A DNA stretch of 64,000 nucleotides from Pseudomonadota bacterium (GCA_018241745.1 JAFEDG010000140.1:15098-79097), one strand, 5' to 3'; shown: positions 1 to 9,457, counted from the stretch's first letter. The notes: generated from the sequence alone by a model not told the origin. Program-made: numbers and translations.

Positions 1-60
1 GGCGCGGGAAGGCTCGCGACGCTGCGCGCGGCCGCGCGCCAGGATCATTGGCGCAGCGAA

Positions 61-879
61 GTGCCGGCCATCGCGCAGGCGGCCAGCGACGCACCCGCCA
101 CGGCCGAAGAAACGATGATCGTCGTCGCGGCGCGGCGGATGGCGTCGATCGTGCGTGCCAACGGCTACCAGGTGTTGCTTGCGGGGATCGGCGCATCGAA
201 CCTCGCGGCTTGGCTCGCCGAAGCCGCGCTCACCGCGGACGCCGTCCCGCTCGCGCTCCTGTCGGAGATCGGCATCTACGGCTGCACGCCGCGACCCGGC
301 GAGCCGTTCGTGTTCTCCAACCGCAACCTCGGGACGGCGCGCGCGCTGACGGATGTGACGACGACGCTCGGCACGCTGGTCGCCGGACGCCACAACCGTT
401 GTCTGGGTGCGCTGGGGGCCGCGCTGGTCGACGCCGAGGGCAATCTCGGCACGACTTACGACAACGACGGCGGCTTCATCGTCGGTTCCGGTGGCGCCAA
501 CGACATTGCATCGGCGGCGCGGGAAGTGATCGTCACCGTACGGCATGGCCCGCGGCGCCTCGTGCAGACAGTCGCGCACGTGACCAGCCCGGGGCACGCG
601 GTGCGCACGATCGTCACCACGCGTGGCGTGCTCGTGCGCGGCGATGCGGGCGCACCGTTTGTCCTCGCCTCGGTCATGCCGCGCGCGGGTGAGTCGGCGG
701 CCGACGCGATCCGGGCGGCCGTCGCAGGCTGCGGCTGGGCGCTGCGCGTCGCGGACGATGTGGCCGTCGAGCCGCCGCCGACCGACGCCGAGCTGCGCCG
801 TCTCCGGTGGTTCGATCCGCAGCGTCATTTCCTCGGCCCCATCCCCACGCCGACGTCCGCGCAGGAGCACACCCGATGA
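61..879 (+). CDS. CoA-transferase, beta-subunit-like (class I glutaconate/3-oxoacid CoA-transferase family); N-terminus uncertain
   Basis: ORF 61..879 has a GTG start, but the frame stays open to base 1. ATG 115 is an alternative start, or the gene may begin upstream of the window. The pattern ETMIVVAARRM...GIGASNLAAWLA...GGANDIA resembles B subunits of class I CoA-transferases. The stop overlaps the next ATG (ATGA). Confidence 0.55.
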   Translation: MPAIAQAASDAPATAEETMIVVAARRMASIVRANGYQVLLAGIGASNLAAWLAEAALTADAVPLALLSEIGIYGCTPRPGEPFVFSNRNLGTARALTDVTTTLGTLVAGRHNRCLGALGAALVDAEGNLGTTYDNDGGFIVGSGGANDIASAAREVIVTVRHGPRRLVQTVAHVTSPGHAVRTIVTTRGVLVRGDAGAPFVLASVMPRAGESAADAIRAAVAGCGWALRVADDVAVEPPPTDAELRRLRWFDPQRHFLGPIPTPTSAQEHTR

Positions 880-2561
880 CCGGCGACCGCTACCGCGAGG
901 TTGCGCTGACGTTCACCGATCCCCGCGACTGGGTGCTGGGGCGCGTGCTCGAACAGCGCGCGCGCACGATGCCGGAACGCCCGTATCTGCAGTGGGAAGA
1001 CACGCCGGCGCTGACGTTTGGGGAGACCAATCGCGAGGTCAACCGCCTGGCTCACGGCTTCGCGGCGGCGGGCGTGCGCCACGGCGACCGCGTGATGCTG
1101 TTCCTGCCCAATTCGCGCGACTTCGTGCTCGCGTGGTTTGCGCTGGCCAAGCTCGGGGCCGTCGAGGTGCCGGTCAACGTCCATTATCGCGGGCCATTCC
1201 TTCGCCATGTGGCCGCGAACTGCGGCGCGGCCATTGCGCTGACCAGCGCGGACCTGTTGCCGCACCTCGCTGCGGTGGTCCCCGAATTGCCGGCGCTGCG
1301 CCGCGTGTACGTGGTGGGCGAGTCCCGGGACGTCGCGGCGGTGCCGGCCGGCGTGGACGTCCGCGCGTTCACCGAGCTGCGGTCGGATCGCGTCGAGGAT
1401 CCGGGCATCGAGGTCGCCAGCACCGACATCGCCGCCATCCTGTTCACGTCGGGTACGACCGGTCCGTCGAAGGGCGTGCTGATGCCGCACGCGCAGTTCT
1501 ACTTCTTCGCGGAGCAGGGCGCGAGCCTCGTGCGGCTGGGTGCCGACGATGTCTACATGAACGCGTTCCCGCTGTTCCACGGCAACGCGCAATTCCTGAC
1601 CACCTACCCGTGCCTGATCCGGGGCGCGCGGGCCGTGCTGTACGAGCGCTTCAGCGCGAGTGAATGGATCGACCGCATTCGCCGCCATGGCGTCACCTGC
1701 ACCAACCTGCTCGGGGTGACGATGGATTTCGTCCACAAGCAGCCGCCACGACCCGATGACGCCGACAACGCGCTGCGCGTCATCTACGCGGTGCCGACGG
1801 CGCACCAGATCCTGGCGTCGTTCATGGCGCGCTTCGGCATCGAGGCCTGCGTCGATGCGTTCGGCCAGACGGAGACCGGGTTGCCGTTGATGACGCCGTA
1901 CGGCGTGCCGCGCCCACCCGGCGCGGTGGGAATGCTCGTCGACGAGTGGTACGAGATCCGCCTCGTGGACCCCGACACGGACCTGGATGTGCCGCCCGGC
2001 GAGATGGGTGAACTCGTCGTGCGTCATCGCGTTCCCTGGACACTGTGCGCCGGCTACCACGAGAACCCGGCCGCGACGCTGAAGGCGATGCGCAACCTGT
2101 GGTGGCATACCGGCGACGGCATGCGCCGCGACAACGACGGTTGGTATTACTTCGTCGATCGGGTCAACGACGCGCTGCGCGTGCGCGGCGAGAACGTGTC
2201 GTCATACGAAGTGGAGCAGGTGGTCCTGGCGCATCCCGCCGTCGCCGAATGCGCTGCGACGGCAGTCCGCTCGGCCGTGGACGGCGGCGAGAGCGACATC
2301 AAGGTGAGCGTCGTGCTGAAGCCGGGCGCGGAACTCGCCCCGGCGGCGCTGATTGCGTTCTGCGACGAGCGCGCGCCGTATTTCGCCGTGCCGCGCTACG
2401 TCGAGTACCTGCCGGCGCTGCCGCGCACGCCTTCGGAAAAGATCCAGAAGCACCTGCTGCGCAAGACCGGGGTCACGCCGGCGACCTGGGACCGCGTGGC
2501 GGCCGGCGTGAGGATCGCGCGCGAAGCCGCGCGCAGCGAGAGACGAGGAGAGACACGATGA
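876..2561 (+). CDS. AMP-dependent acyl-CoA synthetase/ligase
   Basis: In-frame ATG 876 lies inside ORF 807..2561. It carries the AMP-binding signature FTSGTTGPSKGV, then WWHTGDGMRRDNDGWYYFVDRVND and a C-terminal PRTPSEKIQK. Confidence 0.85.
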   Translation: MTGDRYREVALTFTDPRDWVLGRVLEQRARTMPERPYLQWEDTPALTFGETNREVNRLAHGFAAAGVRHGDRVMLFLPNSRDFVLAWFALAKLGAVEVPVNVHYRGPFLRHVAANCGAAIALTSADLLPHLAAVVPELPALRRVYVVGESRDVAAVPAGVDVRAFTELRSDRVEDPGIEVASTDIAAILFTSGTTGPSKGVLMPHAQFYFFAEQGASLVRLGADDVYMNAFPLFHGNAQFLTTYPCLIRGARAVLYERFSASEWIDRIRRHGVTCTNLLGVTMDFVHKQPPRPDDADNALRVIYAVPTAHQILASFMARFGIEACVDAFGQTETGLPLMTPYGVPRPPGAVGMLVDEWYEIRLVDPDTDLDVPPGEMGELVVRHRVPWTLCAGYHENPAATLKAMRNLWWHTGDGMRRDNDGWYYFVDRVNDALRVRGENVSSYEVEQVVLAHPAVAECAATAVRSAVDGGESDIKVSVVLKPGAELAPAALIAFCDERAPYFAVPRYVEYLPALPRTPSEKIQKHLLRKTGVTPATWDRVAAGVRIAREAARSERRGETR

Positions 2562-3364
2562 GCGTATTGCCCCGCGTGAACACCGAGAACGTCGTCACCG
2601 AGGTGGACGGCCACGTCGCGTGGATCTGGATCAATCATCCCGAACGGCACAATGCGTTCGACCTCACGACGCAGACAGAGCTCACGCAGGCGTTCCGCGC
2701 GTGCGGCAGCGACCCTGCGATCGGCGCGATCGTGCTGTCCGGCAAGGGGGACAAGGCCTTCTGCGCCGGGGGTTACCTCAAGGATCTCGCCGGCGAGCCC
2801 GACGTGAACCAGCTGCACCAGCTCTTCGTCGGCACGGTGGAGCTCGTCAACGCGATCCGTGCGACGCGGCAGCCGGTGATCGCGGCCGTCAACGGCTACG
2901 CGATGGGCGGGGGCAACGAGCTAGTCGTCGCGTGCGATTTCGCGATCGCGTCCGACCGCGCCGTGCTGGGCCAGACGGGCCCGCGCGTCGGCAGCGCGCC
3001 TGTCGTCGGCGGGACCAACATGCTGGCGCTGATGATCGGCGAGAAACGCGCGAAGGAGGTCTCGTTCCTGTGCCGCCGGTACACGGCGCAGCAGGCGCTG
3101 GAGTACGGCTGGATCAACGAGGTTGCACCCCATGCCGCGCTGCGCGAGCGCGTGGAGGCGTGGTGCGCCGAGATCCTCGCGTTGAGCCCGCGCTACCTCG
3201 AGATTGCGAAGGTCAGCTCGAATTACTGGTGGGACCTGTTGCAGCCCGGCTTCAACCATGGCGCGCGCCTGCTCGCCGCGTCGGCCGGCAGCGCAGAGAT
3301 GCGCGAGGGCGCGTCGGCGTTCATGGAGAAGCGCAAACCCGATTTCATGCAGTTCCGCAAGTGA
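2558..3364 (+). CDS. enoyl-CoA hydratase/isomerase (crotonase family)
   Basis: ATG 2558 overlaps the upstream stop (ATGA). Crotonase motifs GKGDKAFCAGG and AAVNGYAMGGGNELVVACDF are present. Confidence 0.85.
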   Translation: MSVLPRVNTENVVTEVDGHVAWIWINHPERHNAFDLTTQTELTQAFRACGSDPAIGAIVLSGKGDKAFCAGGYLKDLAGEPDVNQLHQLFVGTVELVNAIRATRQPVIAAVNGYAMGGGNELVVACDFAIASDRAVLGQTGPRVGSAPVVGGTNMLALMIGEKRAKEVSFLCRRYTAQQALEYGWINEVAPHAALRERVEAWCAEILALSPRYLEIAKVSSNYWWDLLQPGFNHGARLLAASAGSAEMREGASAFMEKRKPDFMQFRK

Positions 3365-3414
3365 TGCGGATGCGCCACAGGCGCAGCGCGTCGATCCACA
3401 ACCAGGAGGAAACC

Positions 3415-4626
3415 ATGTCGAAGTCCATGTCGTCGGCGCGTCGTGATTGGCTGCGCGCCATGTCGGTTACAGCCATCGGCGCGGCGGTGTTGCCGCGCAG
3501 CGCCTGGGCCCAGGCGGGCACCCCCATCGTCATCGGTTCGCTGACGCCGCAGACAGGCGCGGGTTCGATCTACGGCCCGGGCATGCGCGACGCGATCGCG
3601 GCCGTCGTCAAGGAAGTCAACGCCGCCGGCGGCGTGATCAGCCGGCAGATCAAGCTCGTCAGCGAGGACGACCAGACGAATCCCGAGGCGACCGTGCGCG
3701 CGGCGCGCAAGCTGATCGACGTCGACAAGGCCGTGGCCATCCTCGGCCCCTGGGCGTCGTCGGTGGCTGCGGCGGTCGCGCCGGTGTGCTGGGAAAGCGA
3801 GACGATGTGCGCAATCGTCGGCTCCGCGGACAACATCACCCGCCTGCCGCACAAGGGCTTCCTGATCCGCACCCAGCCCAACATCTCGATGCAGGCGGCG
3901 CGCTTCGGCAGGCTTGCCCTGGACCAGAACCCCAAGTCGATCTACTTCCTGGGGCCGCAGACGCCGTTCACGCAAATCTACATCGACGTCGTGGCCAAGA
4001 TGGCGAAGGACAAGGGCGTGGCGTTCGCGTCGGAAATCTACGACGGCAGCAAGACGAGCTACCGGTCCGAAGTGGACAAGGCGATGAAGTTCAAGCCAGA
4101 CGTGCTGCTGCTCGGTGGCTTCGTCAACGACAACGCCGTCGTGTTGCGCGACATCTACCGTGCCGGTTACAAGGGCACGATGATCGGCTTCGGTACGGGC
4201 GTCAACACGAAGCTGCTCGAGAGCGTGCCGCCGGAAGCGGTCGAAGGAATCTACGCGGTGACGCCGTCGGCCGCGCTGGGCAGCCCCGCGTACAAGCGGC
4301 TGGCCAAGCTCATCAACGTCGCCGATCCCGGGCCGTTCGAATCGCAAGCCTACGACATGATCAACCTGACGGTCCTCGCCATCGCGCAGGGCAAGCAGGC
4401 CACGGGCCCGGCGATCCGCGACAACATCCGCAAGGTCAGCCAGGGTGGTGGCACGGTCGTCGACGACGCCGTCGAGGGCATCAAGCTGATCGGCGAGGGC
4501 AAGAAGATCAACTACGAAGGGGCCAGCGGTCCCGTCGAGTTCGACCAGTACGGTGACATCGTCGATTCGAAGTTCCGCATCGAGCAGGTGCGCGGCGGCA
4601 AGCTGACGCTGGTCGAGATCTCGTAG
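3415..4626 (+). CDS. ABC transporter substrate-binding protein, Leu/Ile/Val-binding-protein family
   Basis: ATG 3415 is preceded by AGGAGG. The signal peptide is RR-containing (SARRDWLRAMSVTAIGAAVLPRSAWA). The body resembles a type I periplasmic binding protein. Confidence 0.8.
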   Translation: MSKSMSSARRDWLRAMSVTAIGAAVLPRSAWAQAGTPIVIGSLTPQTGAGSIYGPGMRDAIAAVVKEVNAAGGVISRQIKLVSEDDQTNPEATVRAARKLIDVDKAVAILGPWASSVAAAVAPVCWESETMCAIVGSADNITRLPHKGFLIRTQPNISMQAARFGRLALDQNPKSIYFLGPQTPFTQIYIDVVAKMAKDKGVAFASEIYDGSKTSYRSEVDKAMKFKPDVLLLGGFVNDNAVVLRDIYRAGYKGTMIGFGTGVNTKLLESVPPEAVEGIYAVTPSAALGSPAYKRLAKLINVADPGPFESQAYDMINLTVLAIAQGKQATGPAIRDNIRKVSQGGGTVVDDAVEGIKLIGEGKKINYEGASGPVEFDQYGDIVDSKFRIEQVRGGKLTLVEIS

Positions 4627-4645
4627 GCAGCGGCGGGCGAACGGC

Positions 4646-5425
4646 GTGGCGCGAGGCGCACCCCTGCTGGAAGTGAGCGACGTCGCGCGCGCGTTCTACG
4701 GACTGCGCGCGCTGACGGGCGTTTCGTTCGGGGTGCGCCAAGGCACGATCACCGGCCTGATCGGCCCGAACGGCGCGGGCAAGACGACGCTGTTCAACGT
4801 CATCTCGGGCATGCTGCGCGCCGATGCGGGCCGTGTCACGTTTGCAGGCTGGGATGCGACCAATCGCGCACCGCACCTGATCTCGCGCGCGGGGTTGGTG
4901 CGCAGCTTCCAGATTGCGCGCGGCTTCCCGCGCCTGACGGTACGCGAGAACCTGATGCTCTATGCCCGGGACAATCCAGGCGAGCGCATGTCGCGCGCGC
5001 TGCTCTGGAACGCGAAGACGCGCCAGGCGGAACGCGAGATCGGCGCCCGTGCGGCGGCGGTGGCCGACCGCCTCGGGCTGCGTGCCGTGCTGGACAACCC
5101 CGCGTCCGCACTGTCCGGCGGCCAGAAGAAGCTGCTGGAGATCGGCCGCACGATGATGGCATCCCCTTCGATGATCCTGCTCGACGAGCCGGCCGCCGGC
5201 GTCAATCCGTCGCTGACGCGAACGATCGCAGGGCATGTGCGCGCGCTGGCCGACGAAGGCATGACGGTGCTGATCATCGAGCATGACATGACGCTGGTGC
5301 GCGAGCTGTGCGATCCGGTGATCGTGATGACGGAAGGACGCACGCTGGTCGAAGGCACGTTCGCGGCCGTGGCGGGCGACGCGCGCGTCCAGGAAGCCTA
5401 CCTGGGCAAGAAGCAATGGCATTGA
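4646..5425 (+). CDS. ABC transporter ATP-binding protein (LivG-like)
   Basis: Walker A GPNGAGKTT, signature LSGGQKKLLEIG, Walker B MILLDEPAAG. Confidence 0.85.
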   Translation: MARGAPLLEVSDVARAFYGLRALTGVSFGVRQGTITGLIGPNGAGKTTLFNVISGMLRADAGRVTFAGWDATNRAPHLISRAGLVRSFQIARGFPRLTVRENLMLYARDNPGERMSRALLWNAKTRQAEREIGARAAAVADRLGLRAVLDNPASALSGGQKKLLEIGRTMMASPSMILLDEPAAGVNPSLTRTIAGHVRALADEGMTVLIIEHDMTLVRELCDPVIVMTEGRTLVEGTFAAVAGDARVQEAYLGKKQWH

Positions 5426-6123
5426 TGGAAGTCCGCGATGTCGTCGCCGGTTACGGCGCGAGCGACGAGATCCTGAAGGGCGTGTCGCTCGCAGTCGGGG
5501 AACGCGAGCTCGTCTGCATCATCGGGCCCAACGGCGCCGGCAAGTCCACGCTGCTGAAGGTCGTCGCCGGGCTGTTGCGTCCGCGGCGCGGGACGGTTGC
5601 GTTCGCAGGCAACGTATTGACCGGAGCGCCGCCGCGACAGATTGCGCGCGCGGGCGTCGCCTACGTCGCGCAGGAGCAGAACGTTTTCCCGTCGCTGACA
5701 GTACGCGAAAACCTGCTGGTGGGCAGCTACCTGCACCCCGCATCCGCGGAGCAGCGGTGCCGGTCGATGATGGAGCGCTTCCCGGTGCTGCGCGAGCGCA
5801 AGGATCGCGCGGCGCGCACGCTGTCGGGCGGCCAGCGGCAGACACTGGCGGTGGCGGCCGCCCTGATGGCCGAGCCGCGGATGCTGGTGCTCGACGAGCC
5901 CTCCGCGGGGCTGTCGCCCAAGGTGACCGAAGAGCTCTTCGCGACGCTGGCCGGGATCCGTGCGCAAGGCGTGTCGATCCTGATGGTCGAGCAGAACGCG
6001 CTGGCGGCGCTTGCGGTGGCAGATCGTGCGTACATCTTCGTGCTGGGTCGCAACGAGCGGGAAGGTGCCGCGGCGGCGATCGCCGCGGACCCGGAGATCC
6101 GGCGCGTGTTCCTGGGCGGCTGA
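5416..6123 (+). CDS. ABC transporter ATP-binding protein (LivF-like)
   Basis: ATG 5416 overlaps the end of the upstream gene. Motifs are GPNGAGKST, LSGGQRQTLAV and LVLDEPSAG. Confidence 0.85.
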   Translation: MALMEVRDVVAGYGASDEILKGVSLAVGERELVCIIGPNGAGKSTLLKVVAGLLRPRRGTVAFAGNVLTGAPPRQIARAGVAYVAQEQNVFPSLTVRENLLVGSYLHPASAEQRCRSMMERFPVLRERKDRAARTLSGGQRQTLAVAAALMAEPRMLVLDEPSAGLSPKVTEELFATLAGIRAQGVSILMVEQNALAALAVADRAYIFVLGRNEREGAAAAIAADPEIRRVFLGG

Positions 6124-6129
6124 ATCCCG

Positions 6130-7005
6130 ATGCTCGACGTCCTGACGCAGGTCGCGCAACTGGCGCTGAACGGGATCATGACCGGCGCGGTGCTGGCCAT
6201 GCCCGCCATCGGCTTCACGTTGCTGTATGCGGTCCTCGGCTTTCCCAACTTCGCCGTGTCCGGGCATCTGGCCGTGGGTGCCTTCGCGGGCTGGATCCTC
6301 AACACGCATTACGGCTGGCCCCTCTGGGCTGTCGTGCCGTTCGGCTTCATCGCCGCTGGTGTCCTGGGCGTGGCGACGCAGCGCGTCGTCGTCGAGCCGC
6401 TGCGCGGCGCGGCGTCCATCACGCTGGCCATCGCGTCGGTCGCGGTCGCGCTGCTGATCGAAAATGCATTGCGCTTCGGCTTCGGCAACACGTTACGCTC
6501 GTACGACCTGCCGCTCGCGCGCGACGTGACGATCGGTGCCCTGCGTTTCGGACCACAGCAGATGCAGACGGCGGCTGTCGCGATCGTCGTCATGCTGCTG
6601 CTGTTCGCGCTGTTGCGCTACACGCGGCTGGGTCGTGCCATTCGCGCCACCGCCGACAACGCGTCGCTCGCCGCGGTCAAGGGCATCGACACCGTGGCGA
6701 TCGCGAGGCTCGTGGCCTTCGTGGGGATGGGGCTTGCGGGCGCCTCCGGCGTGCTGCTCGGCGCCGACACGGCGATCGACCCGCTGATCGGCTTCCGGCT
6801 CGTGCTTGCGGTGTTCGCGGCAGCCGTCGTGGGCGGGCTCGGCAGCATCCCGGGAGCGGTGCTGGGTGCCCTCGTCATCGGCATCGCCGAGGAAGTGTCG
6901 ACGATCGTGCTGCCGTCCGACTACAAGTCGGCGGTCGGCTTCCTGCTGATCCTGCTGTTCCTGACGTTCCGGCCGCGCGGGTTGCTCGGCGAGCGCCGGA
7001 ACTGA
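6130..7005 (+). CDS. branched-chain amino acid-type ABC permease (LivH-like)
   Basis: 291-aa polytopic membrane protein. The C-terminal GSIPGAVLGALVIGIAEE...FRPRGLLG is typical of LivH-type permeases. Confidence 0.85.
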   Translation: MLDVLTQVAQLALNGIMTGAVLAMPAIGFTLLYAVLGFPNFAVSGHLAVGAFAGWILNTHYGWPLWAVVPFGFIAAGVLGVATQRVVVEPLRGAASITLAIASVAVALLIENALRFGFGNTLRSYDLPLARDVTIGALRFGPQQMQTAAVAIVVMLLLFALLRYTRLGRAIRATADNASLAAVKGIDTVAIARLVAFVGMGLAGASGVLLGADTAIDPLIGFRLVLAVFAAAVVGGLGSIPGAVLGALVIGIAEEVSTIVLPSDYKSAVGFLLILLFLTFRPRGLLGERRN

Positions 7006-7022
7006 ACGCTCACGCGCGCGCC

Positions 7023-7919
7023 ATGGACAACTACCTGATCGCGATGGCCACGATCGCCTGCGTCTACGGGCTGATGACCGTCAGCCTCAACCTGTCGTGG
7101 GGTGTCACCGGCATGGTGAACCTCGGGATCGCCGGATTCTTCGGCATCGGCGCGTACACGTCCGCGCTGCTGACGACGCGGCTCGGCTGGCCGGTCGTGG
7201 CGGGCGTCGCGTCCGCGATGGTCGCGGGGGCGCTGGTCGGCGCCGTGCTGTCGATCGCCACGCTGCGCCTGCGCGACGATTACCTTGCGATCGTTACGCT
7301 GGGCTTCGCCGAGATCGTGCGGCTCGTGGCGCTGAACGAGCTGTGGCTGACCAACGGGTCCGACGGCATCTCGGGCATCCCGGCGCCTATCCCGCGCGGC
7401 TACGGTTATGGCTTTTCGCTGGCGTTCCTCGCCCTGATCGCCGCGTTGCTCGCGCTCGCTGCCTGGTCGGCGTCGCGGCTCCAGCGCTCGCCGTACGGCC
7501 GCGTGCTGCGCGCGATCCGCGACGACGCCGATGTGACGGCGGTGGCCGGCAAGGACGTGGTGCGCTTCAAGCTCAAGACGTTCGCGCTCAGCACAGCCAT
7601 TGCCGGCGCCGCGGGCGCGATGTACGGGCACTACACGTCGTTCGTCGCGCCGGACTTGTTCGCGCCGCTGTTGACGATCTACATCTTCCTCGCACTGACC
7701 ATCGGCGGCACCGGCAACGTGAAAGGTGCCGTGCTCGGCGCCTTCGTGTTGATCGCGATCCTGGAAGGCTCGCGGTATTCCGCGGCGTTCCTGCCCGAGT
7801 TGTCGGCGGTCCAGCAGTCCGCCGTGCGCGAGATGGTCGTGGCCGCGCTGTTCCTCCTGTGCCTGCGGTTCCGCCCACGCGGCCTGGTGCCCGAGCGGAT
7901 GGGCGCGGCCGGCGAGTAG
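7023..7919 (+). CDS. branched-chain amino acid-type ABC permease (LivM-like)
   Basis: In-frame ATG 7023. Motifs are NLSWGVTGMVNLGIAGFFGIGAY, LRLRDDYLAIVTLGFAEI and a C-terminal FRPRGLV. Confidence 0.85.
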   Translation: MDNYLIAMATIACVYGLMTVSLNLSWGVTGMVNLGIAGFFGIGAYTSALLTTRLGWPVVAGVASAMVAGALVGAVLSIATLRLRDDYLAIVTLGFAEIVRLVALNELWLTNGSDGISGIPAPIPRGYGYGFSLAFLALIAALLALAAWSASRLQRSPYGRVLRAIRDDADVTAVAGKDVVRFKLKTFALSTAIAGAAGAMYGHYTSFVAPDLFAPLLTIYIFLALTIGGTGNVKGAVLGAFVLIAILEGSRYSAAFLPELSAVQQSAVREMVVAALFLLCLRFRPRGLVPERMGAAGE

Positions 7920-7929
7920 GGCCGCGACT

Positions 7930-8175
7930 TCAGTTGCCCGCCGACTTCCCCGCTGACTCGTTCTTGAATGCACCGCGTACGTTGAACAGCGCGAGCGCCA
8001 CCTGCATGACGACCAGCGCGTAGGCGCTGGCGTGCAGGCCCCACGCGATCCATAACGCGTTGCTTGCGAGGAACAGCCAGAACCCGACGGCGCGCTTGCC
8101 CTTGTGCGACGAGCCGACGAGCCACGTCGACAGGATCGTGACGACCATCGCGGGCCATTGCAGCGCCTCCAGCAT
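7930..8175 (-). CDS. small (81 aa) three-helix membrane protein, function unknown
   Basis: In-frame ATG 8175 lies within ORF 7930..8487. The sequence is hydrophobic with Trp-rich helices (MLEALQWPAMVVTILSTWLVG...FWLFLASNALWIAWGL...). The upstream part of the ORF is Arg/Gly-rich and looks non-coding. Confidence 0.45.
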   Translation of the reverse strand: MLEALQWPAMVVTILSTWLVGSSHKGKRAVGFWLFLASNALWIAWGLHASAYALVVMQVALALFNVRGAFKNESAGKSAGN

Positions 8176-8186
8176 GGCCGCGGCCG

Positions 8187-8651
8187 TCAATGCGACGGCC
8201 CGGCTTTGGCGGCGGCGGCGACGAAGAAGTCGTAGATCCCCGCGTCGCTCATCGTGCGCGCATCCGCGAGTTCGCCGGCCCGCGTCGAGTACAGCACGCG
8301 GTTGTCGGGACTCACGATCACTGCGGCGGGGATGCCGGCCTTGATCGGGTCGCCATAGGCCGCGTCGAGGGCGAGGTTGCGATCGAAGCGGCCGACATCG
8401 ACCTTGACCACGACGAACGACTTGCCGATCAACGCCGCATTGGCGGAGGTGTGCAGGCTCTTGTCGAGCGCACGGCAATCCTCGCACCAGTTGGCGCCGA
8501 AGATGATCAGTGCGGGCACCTTCCTGGCGCTCGCTTCGGCGAGGGCGCGGTGCACGGCGGCGTCGGCGTCGGCGGCCTCGTCGTAAGGCAGGGTCGGGGC
8601 GGCGTTCGCCGCCGCGGACAGGAAGGCCAGCAGCAGGAAGAGGAAGCGCAT
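8187..8651 (-). CDS. secreted thioredoxin-fold protein (CxxC = WCEDC)
   Basis: Signal peptide MRFLFLLLAFLSAAANA. The thioredoxin-like motif is IIFGANWCEDCRALD. Length 154 aa. Confidence 0.75.
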   Translation of the reverse strand: MRFLFLLLAFLSAAANAAPTLPYDEAADADAAVHRALAEASARKVPALIIFGANWCEDCRALDKSLHTSANAALIGKSFVVVKVDVGRFDRNLALDAAYGDPIKAGIPAAVIVSPDNRVLYSTRAGELADARTMSDAGIYDFFVAAAAKAGPSH

Positions 8652-8719
8652 CCCCTATTTTAGGGTCCGACCCTATTTTCCGGTGGTACCAGCGTCCGAA
8701 AAACAGGGTCGGACCATGG

Positions 8720-8725
8720 TATAAT
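8720..8725 (+). promoter_or_regulatory. candidate -10 box (TATAAT) for tRNA-Lys
   Basis: A perfect TATAAT ends 10 nt before the mature tRNA 5' end. I found no convincing -35. Confidence 0.4.
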
Positions 8726-8735
8726 CGCTTTCTCC

Positions 8736-8811
8736 GGGTCGTTAGCTCAGCTGGTAGAGCAGCGGACTCTTAATCCGTTGGTCGTAGGTTCGATCCCTAC
8801 ACGGCCTACCA
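8736..8811 (+). tRNA. tRNA-Lys (anticodon CUU)
   Basis: The sequence folds by hand into a cloverleaf. The acceptor stem is GGGTCGT/ACGGCCT with two G-U pairs. The D-arm is AGCTCAGCTGGTAGAGC and the anticodon loop is ACTCTTAAT. The T-arm is GTAGGTTCGATCCCTAC, followed by discriminator A and an encoded CCA. Confidence 0.9.
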
Positions 8812-8954
8812 ACACAAACAAGGGGCTAGCTTGCGGGCTAGCCCCTTGTGCTTTTTATCGTGACGCCCACGCGGTGCCGCGATCGCGTCCACCCCGCGGG
8901 TCTGGCGCTCGTTACCTCGGGCACCCCGCTCTCGACGGATCGCCCGGCTGCAGG

Positions 8955-9335
8955 CTAGTCGAGCCGCCCCTGCGGGTCCGCGTTCAAGCCGTAGATCTGC
9001 TGGAACAGCGCCACCAGCTCGGCGCGCTCGGTACCGTCGGCCTGGTTGAGGGCTGCGAGCGGGGCGTGCAACAGCTTGCTCGTCAGGTTGCGCGCCAGCG
9101 CCTCGAGCGCCAAGGCAGGTGCAGCGCCGTTGGCCAGCATCTTGCGCGCGCATTCGAGTTCGGTGGCGCGGAGCTGGTCGTGATGGCTGTGCAGCGCCGT
9201 GATCGTGGGCACCACTGCACGACCGTGCAGCCAGCGCAGGAAGTGTTCCGCCTGCGCCGCGATCATCACCTCCGCCTGCTCCACCGCATCACGCCGGACC
9301 TGCTGGTTGTCCTGACGTCTGGGTCCTCGACCTGT
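8955..9335 (-). pseudogene. hemA: 3' fragment (about 110-125 codons) of glutamyl-tRNA reductase gene
   Basis: ORF 8955..9284 matches the HemA C-terminal dimerisation helix: AEHFLRWL...ALEALARNLTSKLLHAPLAALNQADG...LFQQIYGL. Similarity continues in frame for about 15 codons upstream (RRQDNQQVRRDAVEQAEV), then is lost at an in-frame stop. No N-terminal or catalytic domain is present on this strand. Confidence 0.7.
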
Positions 9336-9457
9336 TCGTGCGCCTGGAGCAGCGCTGACGGCACGTCGCCGGTTCGTTCAGCGGGCGCCCGCCTGACCCG
9401 GGCCACATTTTGCACGGCCGCGCGGATTGCGTCGCCGTCCCCGCCTAGAATTGCGGC

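Noticed and set aside
807-875. I considered the N-terminal extensions offered by the ORF track for many genes, for example 807, 2045, 2620, 5757, 12503, 28615, 36759, 37265, 39980, 42579, 44353, 45222 and 59807.
   Set aside because: The extensions overlap the preceding gene, are compositionally aberrant, and precede internal ATGs that have SD sequences or ATGA coupling. The internal starts were used instead.
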